From Malassezia furfur (taxonomy: Eukaryota): a stretch of DNA of 37,833 nucleotides. The position numbers were made by a program, and so were the translations under genes. Where the stretch lies: assembly GCA_052055015.1 (NCBI GenBank), contig JBQJIT010000061.1. One strand, given 5' to 3'. The notes below the pieces were generated by a model, which made no database searches, was not told where the DNA came from, and worked only from the letters and a program-made list of their open reading frames with translations. Of this stretch, positions 19,595 to 32,850 are shown one piece after another; position 1 is the stretch's first letter; each line of letters begins with the position of its first letter.

Positions 19595-22500
19595 ATGGTC
19601 GTGAGCGGTGCGAAGGCAAAGCCCCACCTGACGCTGCGGAGCGGCATGCAGGTGGGCATCAATGGTGCGTAATGTGCGCCTGACGCAGACTTTGTATACA
19701 TTGCGCTGCCGTGGGCGGTGGGCATGGGCGAGCCGTACGTCGTCGCGCGCGTGATGGACTTTGTCGCGCCCGCGGGCGAGAGTGGCGCGGGTCAGCAGGT
19801 GCGCGCGAACATCTTTCTGCGGATGCGCGACCTGACGCATCGTGCCAACAACGACTCGCGCCTGCTCGTCGCGACGATGCATGCGGAATTATACCCCGTC
19901 GAGGCGATCCGCGGCAAGTGCCGCGTGAAGCACCGCGACCTGATCGGCAACGGCGCCCCGCCGGAACTCGCCGTGTGGAAGCGCAAGGACGACCACTTTT
20001 ACTACCAGCAGCTGTACGACCGTTACATTCACCGCTTCTACGACGTGATCCCAACATGGAAGGTGAAGAATGCGCCGGCAGCGGTGCTCGAAACGCTGCG
20101 CGAAAAGTACTCGTTCATCGTCGCGGAGCCGGCCATCTCGGCAGATCTGTGCGACGCGCTGCGCGGATGCGCCGTGTGCCACGAGTGGGCGCCCAGCGCC
20201 GAGTCGGTGCGCTGCGATACGTGCCGCAAGTACTTCCACATGCACTGCGTCTCGCCGCCGCTGCAGTCCAAGCCCGCCAAGGGGTACAGCTGGTCGTGTG
20301 CGCCGTGTACAAAGCAGCACGATGCGCTTGTGGAAGAGCAGGGCGTCGGCGGTGGTGGCCTGCATTCCGACACCGCGCCGCCCGCCCGCGCGCCGCGGTC
20401 ACAGGCAGCGGCAAGTCGGCGCACGAGCCGCGCGCACCTGTTTGGCGACGTGCCGGCGCCCGCGAGCGACGCGGCGCTGCACACCGCGATGGATCGCGAG
20501 GGACTGCGCTGTTTCCAGGGCTGGCCGTACCGCTACTTTGGCGAGTACACCTCGGCGATGGACGTGCTCGATGCCCACGACTCCATCTACCCCCGCGCCG
20601 TGACGCGGTGTGGGCCCAAGTTCCAGATGCCCGTGCCCAGCTGGGAGGAGCAGCACGAGCTCGCGCCGGGCGAGGCGCGGCGCACCGAAGCGGAGCCGCC
20701 GCAGGACGCCGCGTCGCCGTCGCCGAGCAAGTCGGCGACGCGCATGCGGCGCAAGAGCCAAACCAAAAAAGCGCGGCGCGACGCCGCTAGTGCGATGGAG
20801 GTCGATGACGAGTCCACGCCGACGCCCACCGACACCGTGTACGAGCGCGGAGGGCCCGACACGGTGCACTGTCTGTACCTTCCCCCCGCCGAGCCCAGCG
20901 TCGCCGACGGTGTGGAGACGTACCTGCAGGCGGTGCGTGCGCCGCGCGCGCATTTGCCGCGCACCGACGTCTCGTACATGGACCGCGCACTCGAGCTACT
21001 GTGTGCGCACCACTTTGACACGCACGCGGCCGCCGAGCAGTTTGCGCAGAGCAAGGACGCCGACTTTGGCTACTTCCAGCTGACGTCCAAGGAGAACGAG
21101 AGTCTGGGCAAGGCGATGATGGAGCACGGCGCTGAGATGAGCGCGCTGAAGCGTGCGCTGCCAACCCGAACGCCCGCCGAGATCGTACGCAGCTTGTATG
21201 CGTGGCAGACGTACGTACCCACCCACTGACCCAGCCACCAGCTCGGCGAACGGTGGCGCGCACAGGCGAGTGCACGCGCCGACGGCCGGCGCGGCACGCC
21301 GGCCGACGCCAAACCGCTGCGCGACGTGTCGCCCGCGCGCTCCATCCTGAGCACCGACGAGCTCGACGAGATCCACGACGCGAACCCGGCAGCCAAGCTG
21401 CACTGTGCGTTCTGCAACGTGGCCACCGAGCCGTTCTGGTACCGCGGCTTTATCAACTGGACGGGACGCATGCTGTGTGTGTACTGTGGGCAGCTTTGGC
21501 GCAAGTACGCCGCCGAGACCGCGAGTGTGTTCATCACCGACGCGAAGCGCAAAGCCGCGCAGGAGCACGGCGGCGAGGAGCGCGGGCTCGGTGTGCTGGT
21601 GCCCGTCCACGTCAAGTACACGCCGCGCGCCGCTGCGCCGCACGCCACGACGCTGCAGCCCGGGTGGGCGTCGCCGGCGCCCCCGCCCGTGCCCGAAATC
21701 GGCAAGTGTGTACTGTGCCGCCGGCTGGACCCCAAGCGGCGCCTGCGCAGCTGTGCGCAGTGCGGCATGGCGGCACACCAGGGCTGCATCGGCATCACCG
21801 ACGCCGACATGGATGCCAAAGAGTGGCTGTGCGACGTGTGCCGCAACGACCGCGACCCGAACGTGGCGCTGCTGCCGCACTGTGTGCTGTGCGACGAGGC
21901 AGCAACCGACCGTATGCCCGCCGCGGCGCGCGGCGCGCGTGCCGGCGACGACGACAGCAAGGCAGGGCTGCTGGGCGCACTGGACGTGTACAAGCCGACC
22001 GAGTGCAACAACTGGGCGCACCTCGTGTGTGCGATATGGACGCCCGAGGTGCTGTTTGCGGACGCCAACACGATGCAGCCCGTCGAGGGCGCGAGCAGCT
22101 TACCGCCGTGGCGCTACGACTCGCCCTGTGCGCTGTGCAAGCAGGTGCGCGGCGCGGTCGTGACGTGCGCGGAGCCGACGTGCCGCACGCGCTTCCACGT
22201 CGCGTGCGCCTTCCAGGCGCAGCCGTCGTGCACGCTGGCGTTTGAAATCTTCCCGGTGAAGACGTCGCGGCGCGACTCGGTGCAGACGCTCACGTTCAAG
22301 TCGGAGACGGGCCACATGTGCGCGCAGATCTGGTGCAAAGAGCACCGCGGCGTCGCCAAGTCCAACACTACCTACGACTTCTTTGAGAGCGACGCCAAGC
22401 TCGGGCTCACGGCGCTGCAGGCGTACGCACGCACGCACAAGCAGGTGGCGAACACGTCGCACCGCAACTCGGCCGTCGTCGAATCGTCGCACGCGCTGCT

Positions 22501-22792
22501 GCGCCGCGCGAAGCGCTTCGATGCGGTGCTGCAGGCATGCGGCGGCGCCGGCGCCTACCTGCGCGACGGGTCCCTCCACCCCATGACGCACGGCGAGTCC
22601 GGCGTCAAGATGAACCAAATGCTCTCGACCGAGTCACCTACACAACCTCCTACGTGTATCGAGTGCCACACCGACTGGTCGCCGCTGTGGTGGCCGCTGC
22701 CCGGCGCTCCCGACACGGTGCGCTGCACACGCTGCCACGCGGCGGCGCGCGCGCCCGACGCGCCCGCCGCCGCGGCACTGACCTCCACCTAG
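19595..22792 (+). CDS. SNT2: Snt2-like chromatin protein (BAH, PHD, ELM2/SANT-like, PHD, extended PHD); introns 19665-19688, 21211-21234
   Basis: Spliced BAH start INDFVYIALPW..GEPYVVARV, then IRGKCRVKH and LYDRYIHRFYDVIP; PHD CAVC..FHMHCVSPP..WSCAPC; WPYRYFG..IYPRA; ePHD NNWAHLVCAIW..FHVACA. Confidence 0.88.
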
Positions 22793-22803
22793 CTTCGCAT
22801 AGA

Positions 22804-22835
22804 GCACGTGATAAAACTATACCATGCACGTGATA
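22804..22835. promoter_or_regulatory. Direct repeat GCACGTGATA x2 (E-box/Cbf1-like) upstream of RPL3
   Basis: Identical 10-mers at 22804-22813 and 22826-22835 in the 114-bp gap between the SNT2 stop and the RPL3 ATG. Confidence 0.5.
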
Positions 22836-22906
22836 CGATGGCCGGCGGCGCTCACCTACGGCCGCCGCGCGGTTTTCTTCGACTCGCTACCTCGACGGCA
22901 ACCGCA

Positions 22907-24133
22907 ATGTCTCACTGCAAGGTGTGTACTGACGACGTCGCATGCGAACAGGAATACTAACACTGTGCACAGTTCGAGCACCCTCGTCACGGCTCGCTCG
23001 GTTTCCTTCCCCGCAAGCGTGCCGCGAGCCACCGCGGCAAGGTCAAGTCGTTCCCCAAGGACGACCCCAAGAAGCCCGTCCACCTGACGGCCTTCATGGG
23101 CTACAAGGCCGGCATGACCCACATTGTCCGCGACCTTGACCGCCCCGGCTCCAAGATGCACAAGAAGGAGATCGTCGAGGCGACCACGATCATCGAGACC
23201 CCGCCCATGGTGGTCGTCGGTGTTGTCGGCTACGTCGAGACTCCCCGTGGTCTCCGCTCGCTCACCACCGTCTGGGCCGAGCACCTCTCGGACGAGGTTA
23301 AGCGCCGCTTCTACAAGAACTGGTACCGCAGCAAGAAGAAGGCCTTCACCAAGTACGCCAAGAAGCACTCGGAGAACGGCGGCCAGTCGATCGCCCGCGA
23401 GCTCGAGCGTATCCGCAAGTACTGCACGGTCGTCCGTGTGCTTGCGCACACCCAGCTGCGCAACACCAGCCTCAAGCAGAAGAAGGCTCACCTGATGGAG
23501 ATCCAGGTGAACGGTGGCTCGGTCGCCGACAAGGTCGAGTTCGCGCAGAACCTGTTTGAGAAGACGGTGGACGTCAACAGCCTGTTCACCCAGGACGAGA
23601 ACGTCGACATCATTGGTGTTACCAAGGGTCACGGTTACGAGGGTGTGACCGCCCGTTGGGGCACCAAGAAGCTGCCTCGCAAGACCCACAAGGGTCTGCG
23701 CAAGGTCGCCTGTATCGGTGCCTGGCACCCGGCGAACGTTATGTTCACGGTCGCCCGCTCGGGTCAGGCCGGTTACCACCACCGCACGGAGCTCAACAAG
23801 AAGATCTACCGTATCGGCAACGGTGCTGACAAGGCCTCGGCCTCGACCGACTTTGACACCACCCAGAAGGCGATCACGCCCATGGGCGGCTTCCCTCACT
23901 ACGGTGTGGTGAAGAACGACTTTATTATGATCAAGGGCGCTTGCCCGGGTGTGAAGAAGCGTGTTCTGACCATCCGCAAGTCGCACCAGATCCACACCTC
24001 GCGCCGCGACCTCGAGAAGGTGTCGCTCAAGTTCATCGACACGTCGTCCAAGTTCGGCCACGGTAACTTCCAGACCGCTGCCGAGCGTGAGGCGTTCGAG
24101 GGCCCCAAGAAGGCTCCCGTGGTGTACTACTAA
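22907..24133 (+). CDS. RPL3: 60S ribosomal protein L3 (uL3); intron 22922-22972
   Basis: Spliced N-terminus [58 protein letters not shown]. Strong codon bias. Confidence 0.98.
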
Positions 24134-24591
24134 ACGAAAAGATTCTTGCGTCTTGCGGCATGCTGTCTATACCTGCTAGATGTCCGGCCATTGGACGCGC
24201 TAGTTCGTTTCGTTCCTAGGCTTATAGTGTGTACGCCCTAGCGTGTGCGCATCTACAAAAATGCAACATTTGCTCTCGAACTAGGTGCTCCAGTGGCAGC
24301 AAAGGTCCCTTGGGCTTTTTCGGTTTCTGCGGCAAGCTCCGGGACTGCCACGTGGAGGACGGTTGGGCGAGGGAACGCCCGGTCGCACGAATGAAATGCA
24401 GTCACAGTCTTAATTTGTCTGCAGGCAATGTATCCGGAAGATACATCATTGTACAAATCGGGAGGCCCCCTAAAAACCCCCGATTGTTTGACCAGTGTTT
24501 GTTGATCCTACCAAATATGAAGGGTGCTTGTTCTTGATAGCGATACGAATTAGGGCAACTGATTGCCAAGTTTAAACAAGGTCTATGGCCA

Positions 24592-25345
24592 TTACTTGAT
24601 GACAAGCACGGGGACGGGCGAGTGGCTCACCAGGTACGACGAAACGGTGCCGCTGGTCAGGCCACGCTTCCAGCCAAGGTTGCGCTTGCCACTGGTTGAT
24701 GTGTCAGTATGTCATCCCACAAATTGCAAAATACGTACATCAGCACAAGGTCCACCTTGTGGTAGGTAATGACCTTGAGGAGCGAGGCACGAGCGTCACC
24801 GTGCAGCACGTGCATAGTAACGTTGAAGCCCTTCTCCTTCAGCTTGGCCTTGTAGGGCATCATGCGCTCGACAGCCTGCTGACGCAGCTGGCGGAGCAGC
24901 TCGTTCTGCTTCTTGGTATCGATCGACAGAGGACCCGACACCCAGGGGCCACCCAGCACGTTGGCGGGGAGCACCGTGGTCAAGAAGATGTGGCTGCCAG
25001 GAGCGATCGTCTTGTTGTTGAGCAGGTAGTCGAACGCCTTGTCACCGGCCTCAGTGCCGTCAAGGGCGAGCAGAACCTTGCTCTGGGACTCAGGCAGACG
25101 CTCACCGGGCACACCGACAATCTGCTGCTGGCGGGCCTCCGAGGGGATCGACGCCTTGTCGAAGGGGTTGCTCGACTCCAGCACAGGAGTCTGGGCAATC
25201 TGGTGGACCCTGAAACACGGTTAGAATCGGCTTTTTCTTCACGAGCGAATACGTACTGGCCACCGGGCGTCACATCGCCGCTGGTCGAGGTCTGGTGCTG
25301 CACACCGAAGAAGCCCTGGTCCGACGTGTTCGTAGGAGCAGACAT
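24592..25345 (-). CDS. Universal stress protein (UspA domain); introns 25210-25256, 24692-24738
   Basis: KVLLALDGTEAGDKAF and HGDARASL; after splicing, DLVLIGKRNLG..SGTVSSYLVSHSPVPVLVIK-stop, the typical USP C-terminus. Confidence 0.9.
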
Positions 25346-25628
25346 CACAACGATAATAAGGAGAGGAAACAACCCTCGCACGCACGCTCAAACTTAAACG
25401 TCGCTCCATCGGGAGGCGCACGTGGCATTGCACCAACCCAAGGGCGTACACGCTCAATGACCCAATTTTGCCAGCAGGTTCGTCGCTGCGGCACGGCCCA
25501 ACGCAAATGCACGCAATATGATGCTTAGTCAGCGCATTGCGGCGGTGCATGCGCCGCGCGTGGCATGACGGTTCACCAAGGCCCCGGGGACGAAATGTGG
25601 TATACAAACACTACGCTACAAAAGACGG

Positions 25629-28600
25629 CTAGGGTGTGCGTTTCTTGCGCCCGGCCATCGATAGCTTGATCTTCATGCCAGTCTTGGCAGGTGCACGCGG
25701 CGGCTCGCCCTCCTCCGCGTCCATAGAAGTTTCTAGTGATACAGGTGCTTCCGCTTGGGACTCGTCGGCCTCGGTGGCTGTCTGGTCGCCCTCCTCCTGT
25801 GCCTCGAGCTCCTGCTGGACACGCGCATACGTCTCGTCGAACACGCGCTGCAGCTCTTCGGCATCGTTCCAGACGAGCGATCCCTCCTGGTTGTAGGTAC
25901 GCGCATTGTTGAACATCAAGTGGAAGTCCTTCTTGCACGCCTCCAGCGTCTTGTACGTCCGGTTCTCGATCCGCTTGCGGATCTGGCGCATGGCAATGGG
26001 GTTCGCGATGAGCACGTGGTAGTCGGGGTACTCGCTCTTTTTCGGGATGTCGATGAAGAGCACGCAGCGGCGCCGGCCCGTCTCGGGGTCCTCGCAGTGT
26101 TCCACGGCATGGTAGCACTGCATCAGTGCCGACTTGATCGCGTCGCGCGACTCGTCCACCTTGCGGCGTTTGTTCAGCGCGTCAGAGACGTCCGTCGAGG
26201 ATGCCATTACGCTGCTGCTGCCACCCAGCTTGCGCTTGCCGAGGGCACCGTCAGCGGGCGACTGTGTGCCGGTCGACTCGTCGGTGTCGTCGGTGCCCTT
26301 GGCCCGCTTGCGCCCCAGGCGGGGCGAGTCGGATGCGGAGACGTCGGCGTCGCCCACGTCCGCCAAGCCGGCCTGCTTCAGGCGGCGCTTCTCGGCCCGC
26401 TCGCGCTTACGTTCCACGACCTCGTTCAGGTCCTGGTCGCCCTCGAGGGCACGCAGGAACTGGTCCTCGGTGAGGCCATCGTCGTAGTGTACAACATTGC
26501 GGCGACGCGAGAGCGGCTGCTCGCTCTGGGACCCGTCAATGACCTCGGCATCAAAGTCGCGGCGGTAGAGCTCCGGCAGCTCGCTCTCCTGCATGAGGCG
26601 CTCCGGCATCGGGCCCGTGTGGCCCAATGCACGCCACTCGGCCTCTTCGTCGGCGGCGCGTTCGCGGTCCACCTCTTGGAAGCGCGCGACTTCGTCGGAG
26701 GAGCGCGCGAGAAGCTCGTTGAGGTCGTCGTCGTTCATGTCGCCACGCTCTTCCTCGTCTTCTTCCTCGTTGTCTGCCTCGAGCATCGCACGGAGGAGCA
26801 GCTCGCGCTCGTCGGCAGTGGCCTGGTTGTCGAACTTGCCCGCCTGGATGACCTTGCCGTTGATCTCGAGCTTCGACTGCGCACGTGACAGGATGGTCTC
26901 CTCGACCGACTTTTCCGTGACGAGACGGAGGATGCGCACCTCGACCTTTTGTCCGATGCGGTGCGCACGGTCTTGCGCCTGCAGGTCCTGGTGCGGGTTC
27001 CAGTCCGAGTCGTAGATGATCACCGTATCGGCCGACTGCAGGTTGAGACCGAGACCGCCGGCGCGCGTCGACAGAATGAACACGTCGTACTCCGAGTCGG
27101 GCTTGTTGAACTCGCGCAGGAGCACGGAGCGGTCGTCGGGCTTGGTGGAGCCGTCGAGGCGGAGGTACTTGATGCCACGGAAGCGCATAAAGTCCTCCAT
27201 GATGTCCATGATGGCGGTCATCTGGAAGAAGATGAGCACGCGGTGGCCGGTCGCAAACAGCTTGGGCAGGATGCGGTCGAGCAGCTCAAACTTGCCCGCA
27301 ACACGGTACAAATCGGGCCCGTTCTCCTTGCTCGGGTTGATCGCGGCCTCGACCTGTTCGAAGGCGTATGGGTGGTTGCAGATCTTGCGCAGCTGCATGA
27401 TGGCGTTCTGCAGGCCGCGGATGCCGGTAGGTTTGCTGACCTGTCCGGCGGGGCCGGCATCGCTCATGATCATCTTGTGCTTCTTCATCTGCTGGTAGAG
27501 CTTGACCTGCAGCGCGCTCATGCGGCACTTGATCACCTTCTCCACCTTGTCCGGGAGCTCGGACTCGACGTCCTTCTTCAGGCGGCGCAACAGGAAGGGC
27601 CGCAGCACCTTGTGCAGACGCTTGATGATGAGCAGTGCCTCTTCTTCGTTCAGGCGCATGCTGTTGTCGTTTGTGCCCGTGTTGACGAACGGGGTGTTGA
27701 ACCACTCGTCGAAGCTCTTGATCGAGTTGAAGATCTTGGGCAGCACAAAGTTGAGCAGCGCCCACAGTTCCGGCAGGTTGTTTTGCAGAGGCGTACCCGT
27801 GAGCAGCAGGCGGTACCGGCTCGAGTAGTTCTGCGTGAGCGTCACCGTGAGCTTGCTCTGCGTGTTCTTCATGCGGTGGCCCTCGTCGATGATCATAAAC
27901 GTCCACTTGATCTTGCCCAAGAGGTTCTTTTCCTTGATGATGTACTCGTACGTCGTGAGCAGCACCTGGAAGGTGCCCATCTTGAGCTGCGCCGCGAGCT
28001 GCTTGCGCACGCTCGGCGTGCCCTTGTACACCAGCGTCGACACCGACGGGGCCCACTTGTTGAACTCGTTCACCCAGTTGGTCAGCGTCGAGAGCGGCAC
28101 AATCACCAGGTAGGGGCCGTTCTGCTTCTTCGACTCGATCAGGAAGGTGATCAGCGAGATGGTCTGGATCGTCTTGCCCAGACCCATCTCGTCTGCCAGA
28201 ATGCCGTTCAGCCGGTTGTTGTAGAGCGACACCATCCACTGCAGACCCTTCATTTGGTACTCCTTCAGCTTGCCGCCCACAAGGATGGACGGCTGCTCGG
28301 TGATCTTTTCCGTGTAGCGGTGCGCCACCGAGTAGTAGTCGACGCGGCCCGTGTCCTCTGCCGGGTCGTCCTGCCGCGACGCGCCAAACGTCGTCTCATC
28401 CACCCCGCCATCGGCCGAAATGCGCTTGTCCAGCACGTGGAAGTCGGCGTGCGCCTCGTCGTTCTGCTGCGCCTGTACCGCCTGCGCGAGGTTGTCGAGG
28501 TACGCGTCGGTCTGTTGCAGGAGGTGCGTAATGCGCGTGTCCTTGGCCGTGTCGATCAGCTTCAGGTACGCCTCCTCGTCGTCGGCCTTGAGCGCATTCA

Positions 28601-30069
28601 GACGCTCCTTGGCGATGCGCTCCACGCGCTTTTGTTCCTCGCGCTCGGTGTCCGCGTGGAACTTGAGCACAAGGCGGCCGATGCGGCGCGCCTGGTCGGA
28701 CGCCTTGTTGTGCGCCGCGACCAGGTCCTTGCCGTGCGCACAGATCATCGACAGGTAGTCGGTGTGCCGCTGCTTGGCCTTGCGCTCACGCTCCGTGCGC
28801 TGCTTGCGCTCAAGCTGCTCGGTGACGCGCGCGTCACGCAGCGCCTGCTTCCGGACGCGGCGGAACGCCGAGCGGTCCAGGCCCAGCGTCGTAGCAAGCT
28901 TCATGCTCGCTACCACCTTCTCCCGGAGCTGCTGCTGCCGCTCCAGCAGATGCAGCGACTTGAGCTCAATCAGCGCGCGCACTTTGGCATTGTGTCCGCG
29001 CGCCACGTCGCCGTTCAGCTGTGAAGAGAGCGGCGCATCGTGTGCATGGGCGAGCGCATCGCTAGTCGGCACTTGCGCCATGGTCGACGGGAAGGACTCT
29101 AGCTCACGGATCCGCTGCTGGATCCGCGCCTGGATGAACCGGTCGCGCTCCTCAAGCAAGAGCCGCGCGTCGATCCCGGCAGGCAGCAGACTCGGGATGA
29201 GCAGCCGCTGCTGCATCGACGCCAGGTCGTCGCCCGTCTTGGTCGCAGGCTTGGCAAGCAGCGTAAAAGGGTGCAGGTAGGCATTGTATGGGTACACAGG
29301 GCTCGTCGGGACATCCTTGGGCGTCTCGGCGCGCGGCGCATCGCGCGCGGGCGTCGATTCCTTGGCGTCCGTGGGCGCGGGACTCGGCTTGACCGCCTCA
29401 GGGCCGTTGGCAGCCAGCAGCGCCGCGTGCGAGTCGGCGGCCGCGTCGGCGACCTTGGCCGTGACATGGGACGCGGCGCTGGCGTCGCCGGCCTTGGTAT
29501 CTGTGAGTGTGCTCTGCAGCTGGCCCGACACGGGCTGGTTGCGCGAGAGCTGCTTGAACGCGCCGATCTGGTCCCGGAGCGTGGTGAGTTGCTCGTTGGA
29601 GAGCGCCGGACCGGCGCCGCCAGGGAACGCGACGTTGGCGCCGGGCGCGTTTGCCGGTGCGCTAGCAGGTGCATCGCCTGTCTGCGTTGTCGGCGTGTTC
29701 TTCGCCGCCGACTTTTGCTGCGACGCGAGCTGCTGCATCCGGAGTTGCTGCATATACTGGAATGCCTTGAGCGTCTGCACGAGGGTGGCGTATTCCTGGT
29801 TGGACTGCTCGGTGGCGCCGTTCGCCTTGAGCTGCTGCATGCGCTGCAGGTTAGTGGACAAGGGCCGTGCGACAACGTACCGTAACGATCTGCTGCAGTC
29901 GCTCCTTGGTCATACCGGCGAGCTGACGCTGCGCCTGGATGGGCAACTGGCTCAGTAGGCTAGTGATTCCTTGCGCGCCCGGCGCATTCTCGCCAGTGGG
30001 CGGGACGTGGGGAGTGGGGGGACCCCTAGGTTCTTGGGCCCCCGTCGCTTGCGAAGTTGGGACCTCCAT
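25629..30069 (-). CDS. STH1: SWI/SNF-RSC ATPase (Sth1/Snf21/Snf2 type: QLQ, HSA, SNF2 helicase, SnAC, bromodomain); intron 29844-29880
   Basis: LKADDEEAYLKLID, NGILADEMGLGKT, DEGH, LTGTPLQNNL, STRAGGLGLNLQ, QAQDRAHRIGQ, and bromodomain YPDYH..NARTYN. STH1 versus SNF2 orthology is not resolved. Confidence 0.92.
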
Positions 30070-30448
30070 CGCGTGGGCACGGTCTGGACACTCCGCGGAG
30101 GACCAAGTCGGCTTCGGTGGAAGGGAGGGGGGGGACAAACTCGCGAGGGCAAGGCTTTGCAGCCCACAGACGCGGAGGGGACAGGCCGCTAGTGTTGCTC
30201 TTTAGGTGTTCGCGACGCGTCCAACGTGCAGCGAGGAATTCAGCCGCACTCGCGTTTGGATCTGGGCGCGTTATGTCCGACCTGCGTGCAAACAGGGCGC
30301 CGTGGTTAACCGGGCCCGCCTTGACTCCGCTGATCTCAGCCCGGCCCCCGACGGCCGACACGTTCTGGCCAATCGCTAGGACTCATCAGGTCCTTCCACG
30401 TGATCTTTGTCGTGGGGTACCATGCCACGTGCTGCTCCTATGGACGCA

Positions 30449-32075
30449 CTACGCCTGCAGGTGCAGCGCCTCAACAAACGCCAATAGATCGTCGCGCTTC
30501 ACCTCCAGCACGCTAGAGTCAAAGCGGTCATTGCGCATGCGCGCGTGACTGCTCGCCGCGGCCTCCTGGAAAGCGAGGCCAAACCGGTTGCGGTCCACAT
30601 CACCATAGTCTGCCGCACCAACAATACCCACCACCGTATAGACGTCGCGTGCCTTATCGAGCGCCGCAAGGACAAAGGGCAGCGACTGCAATGAGCGCTG
30701 CTGCTCGGCCAGCTCCGCAGATGCTTCATCCTTGCTCCGCCGCTTGTTTCGCCGCGCCGCCGCGCGCCGCTCGTTCTGCTCGCTGACAATATCGCGCAGC
30801 GCATCGATCAGCCAGAAGCCGAGCCGCGTGAGGGTGTCGGGCTGCACAAAAAGGTGTAGATAAGGACCGTCTTGCAGCACCGTCAGCCGGAAACTGCGCA
30901 GCGTTTTGATAGATTGCTTCACAATAATGCTCACGCCTTGAGCGACAATCGACTGATGCAGCGCTTTTGCGAGCTGGAGCGAGCGCTGCAGAAGATCGAT
31001 GCTCGCCGCTTTTTGCACGTCCATCGCACGGTAGGCTTCAAAGAAGTTTTGTACCCACGTCGCCGAGGGCAGGTTCTCCGCATCGGCATCGGCGCGCGTC
31101 GCATCGGACTCGTCGTCGTCTATGCCGCGTGTACCGACGTGTACGCCAGTATCTTGCAGCGACCATAGATGCCGCGTACCGTACGTAGCCGCACCGCGGT
31201 CAGGCGCCGTATCCACCGCACGCGTACTGGCCACCGAGTCGGTACGCACCACTTGGGTGCCCTCCACTTCAATGCGCACACCGTGCGCGGCTTGCAGCAG
31301 CGCCGAGATGCCTTCAACTGCGTCAGACGCGCTGAGCGGCATGGATCGGAAGCCATAAGACCGTGTGAACGACTTGAACACCAGATCGGTCAGACCATAC
31401 TCGGGCGCAATCGACTCCATGCGGCTCACGAGCGACTTGCGTAGGTCGAGGTCCATGTGTTCGTAGGTCTGGCGGCAGTTGGCAAGCGACAGGCCCATCT
31501 TGGCAAGCAGCCCGCGCAGGCGATTGATGCCCTTTTCGCGCCAGATTCCCAGCTTGGCAGCGACGTAGGAAGTATGGTACATGCTTGTCTCCAAGCTCCA
31601 GTGACGGTACAGAGTGAAGCGAAGCTCTTCGTTCACCACGCGGATGGCCGAGTCGTCGGCGCCGTACATGTTCACGTCACGTAGACCACGCACGTTTACG
31701 GGGCCCGCTTCGTCCGCATTCATGGCATGCACATCCGAAGCAAGCGCAGCTGCGTAGCCCTCGTAGGTGCCCGTGTGGATCGCATTCGTGATGTATTGGG
31801 CCGTGAGACCCAAAATGGCATACCACAGGCTGTCGCGGTCGCCGCGACCCAGTGACACGGCCAGCAAATACATCATTTGTGCAATGCTCATCCCCGTCCA
31901 GCTGCCACGCGCATAATACTTGGCTAAAATGGCACGGTACAGTTGGCGCTGTTCACTGTCGAGATGGCGCGTGCGTTTTCGTGACGCATCTCCATTGGGA
32001 GTGCGGGCGCGCTTTGCGCCATGGGCACTCGTAGGGGTATTAGGAGAAGCATGTCCGTCGTCGTCGTCGCCGTCT

Positions 32076-32108
<33 letters not shown>

Positions 32109-32782
32109 TGATCATGGACATCGTCGCCATCGTCGCCGCGCTCGTCCTCGGCATCCTCCGAATCCGAGTCTGAGTCCGAGTCTGAGTCCACGTCGAACTC
32201 GAGCATCTCATATGCCTCACGCTCACGCCCAAGACGCTCCTCGACTTCGCCATCATCCCAAATATAGATGCGGTCGTTGACGTGCGACGTTGCAAACAAG
32301 TTGCTCAAATTCCATGGACGATGTGAGTCAAGCACATGCAGTATACAGTTTTGCGGGAGGGGTATCGAGGTGGGCAGGGGCATCAGTGAGCCCAGGTTGA
32401 GGAAGACGAGTGTATGGAGCTGCAATTAGTACCACGCGTCGAGCGCGACGCGACGCGTCGCGTCACGTACCTCAAGATGACCCTCGACGTCCTCGGCAAG
32501 GACTTGTTGCAGGGAACGGTATCCATTCACTGGAGCCACGCGGAAAGCAATCTCGTCGTCGGCCAACAGACGCGTAAAGATGCGTGCGGCCGCCAGCGAA
32601 TCCACCTGTGGGGTGGTCAGGATTAACACCGTCGCACCCCCTGGCGCCTCTGCGCCCGGCTCGCCCAGAATGCGCCTCCGTGCGGTACGCAGTATCTGGC
32701 GGTATGCACCGGCATACTCCAGCGTGCCTGACGCGCGTATGCGTGCATCGCCCGTCTCCCGCGGGCGACAGACGAGCACCAT
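30449..32782 (-). CDS. CDC45: DNA replication initiation factor Cdc45; intron 32420-32470
   Basis: VDSLAAARIF, HVLDSHRPWNLSNLF, an acidic insertion, LWYAILGLT, RHWSLETSM, LLAKMG, NRFGLAF. Confidence 0.93.
32056..32104 (-). repeat. (GAC)n microsatellite encoding a poly-Asp tract in the Cdc45 acidic loop
   Basis: Run of GTC triplets on the + strand, giving DDDDDDDDEDGDDDD. Confidence 0.8.
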
Positions 32783-32850
32783 GAAGAACCGCGTCGAGAC
32801 GCGTTTGGATGACTAAACAGGGTATGGAGACGCGTCTTACAAAGACGCGA
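32434..32850. promoter_or_regulatory. Cluster of MCB-like ACGCGT elements around the CDC45 start
   Basis: ACGCGT at 32434 and 32453 (intron), 32570 (exon 1), 32799 and 32830 (upstream), plus ACGCGA at 32845. Confidence 0.55.

Noticed and set aside
22907..22921. RPL3 begins MSHCK rather than MSHRK
   Set aside because: I recall this variant in other fungi such as S. pombe, so it is not novel.
22856..24061. 401-aa ORF antisense to RPL3, and similar long antisense or alternate-frame ORFs (26949-29024, 5586-6761, 13166-14203, 36499-37671)
   Set aside because: Shadow ORFs caused by GC3-rich codon bias of the real genes; no recognisable protein motifs.
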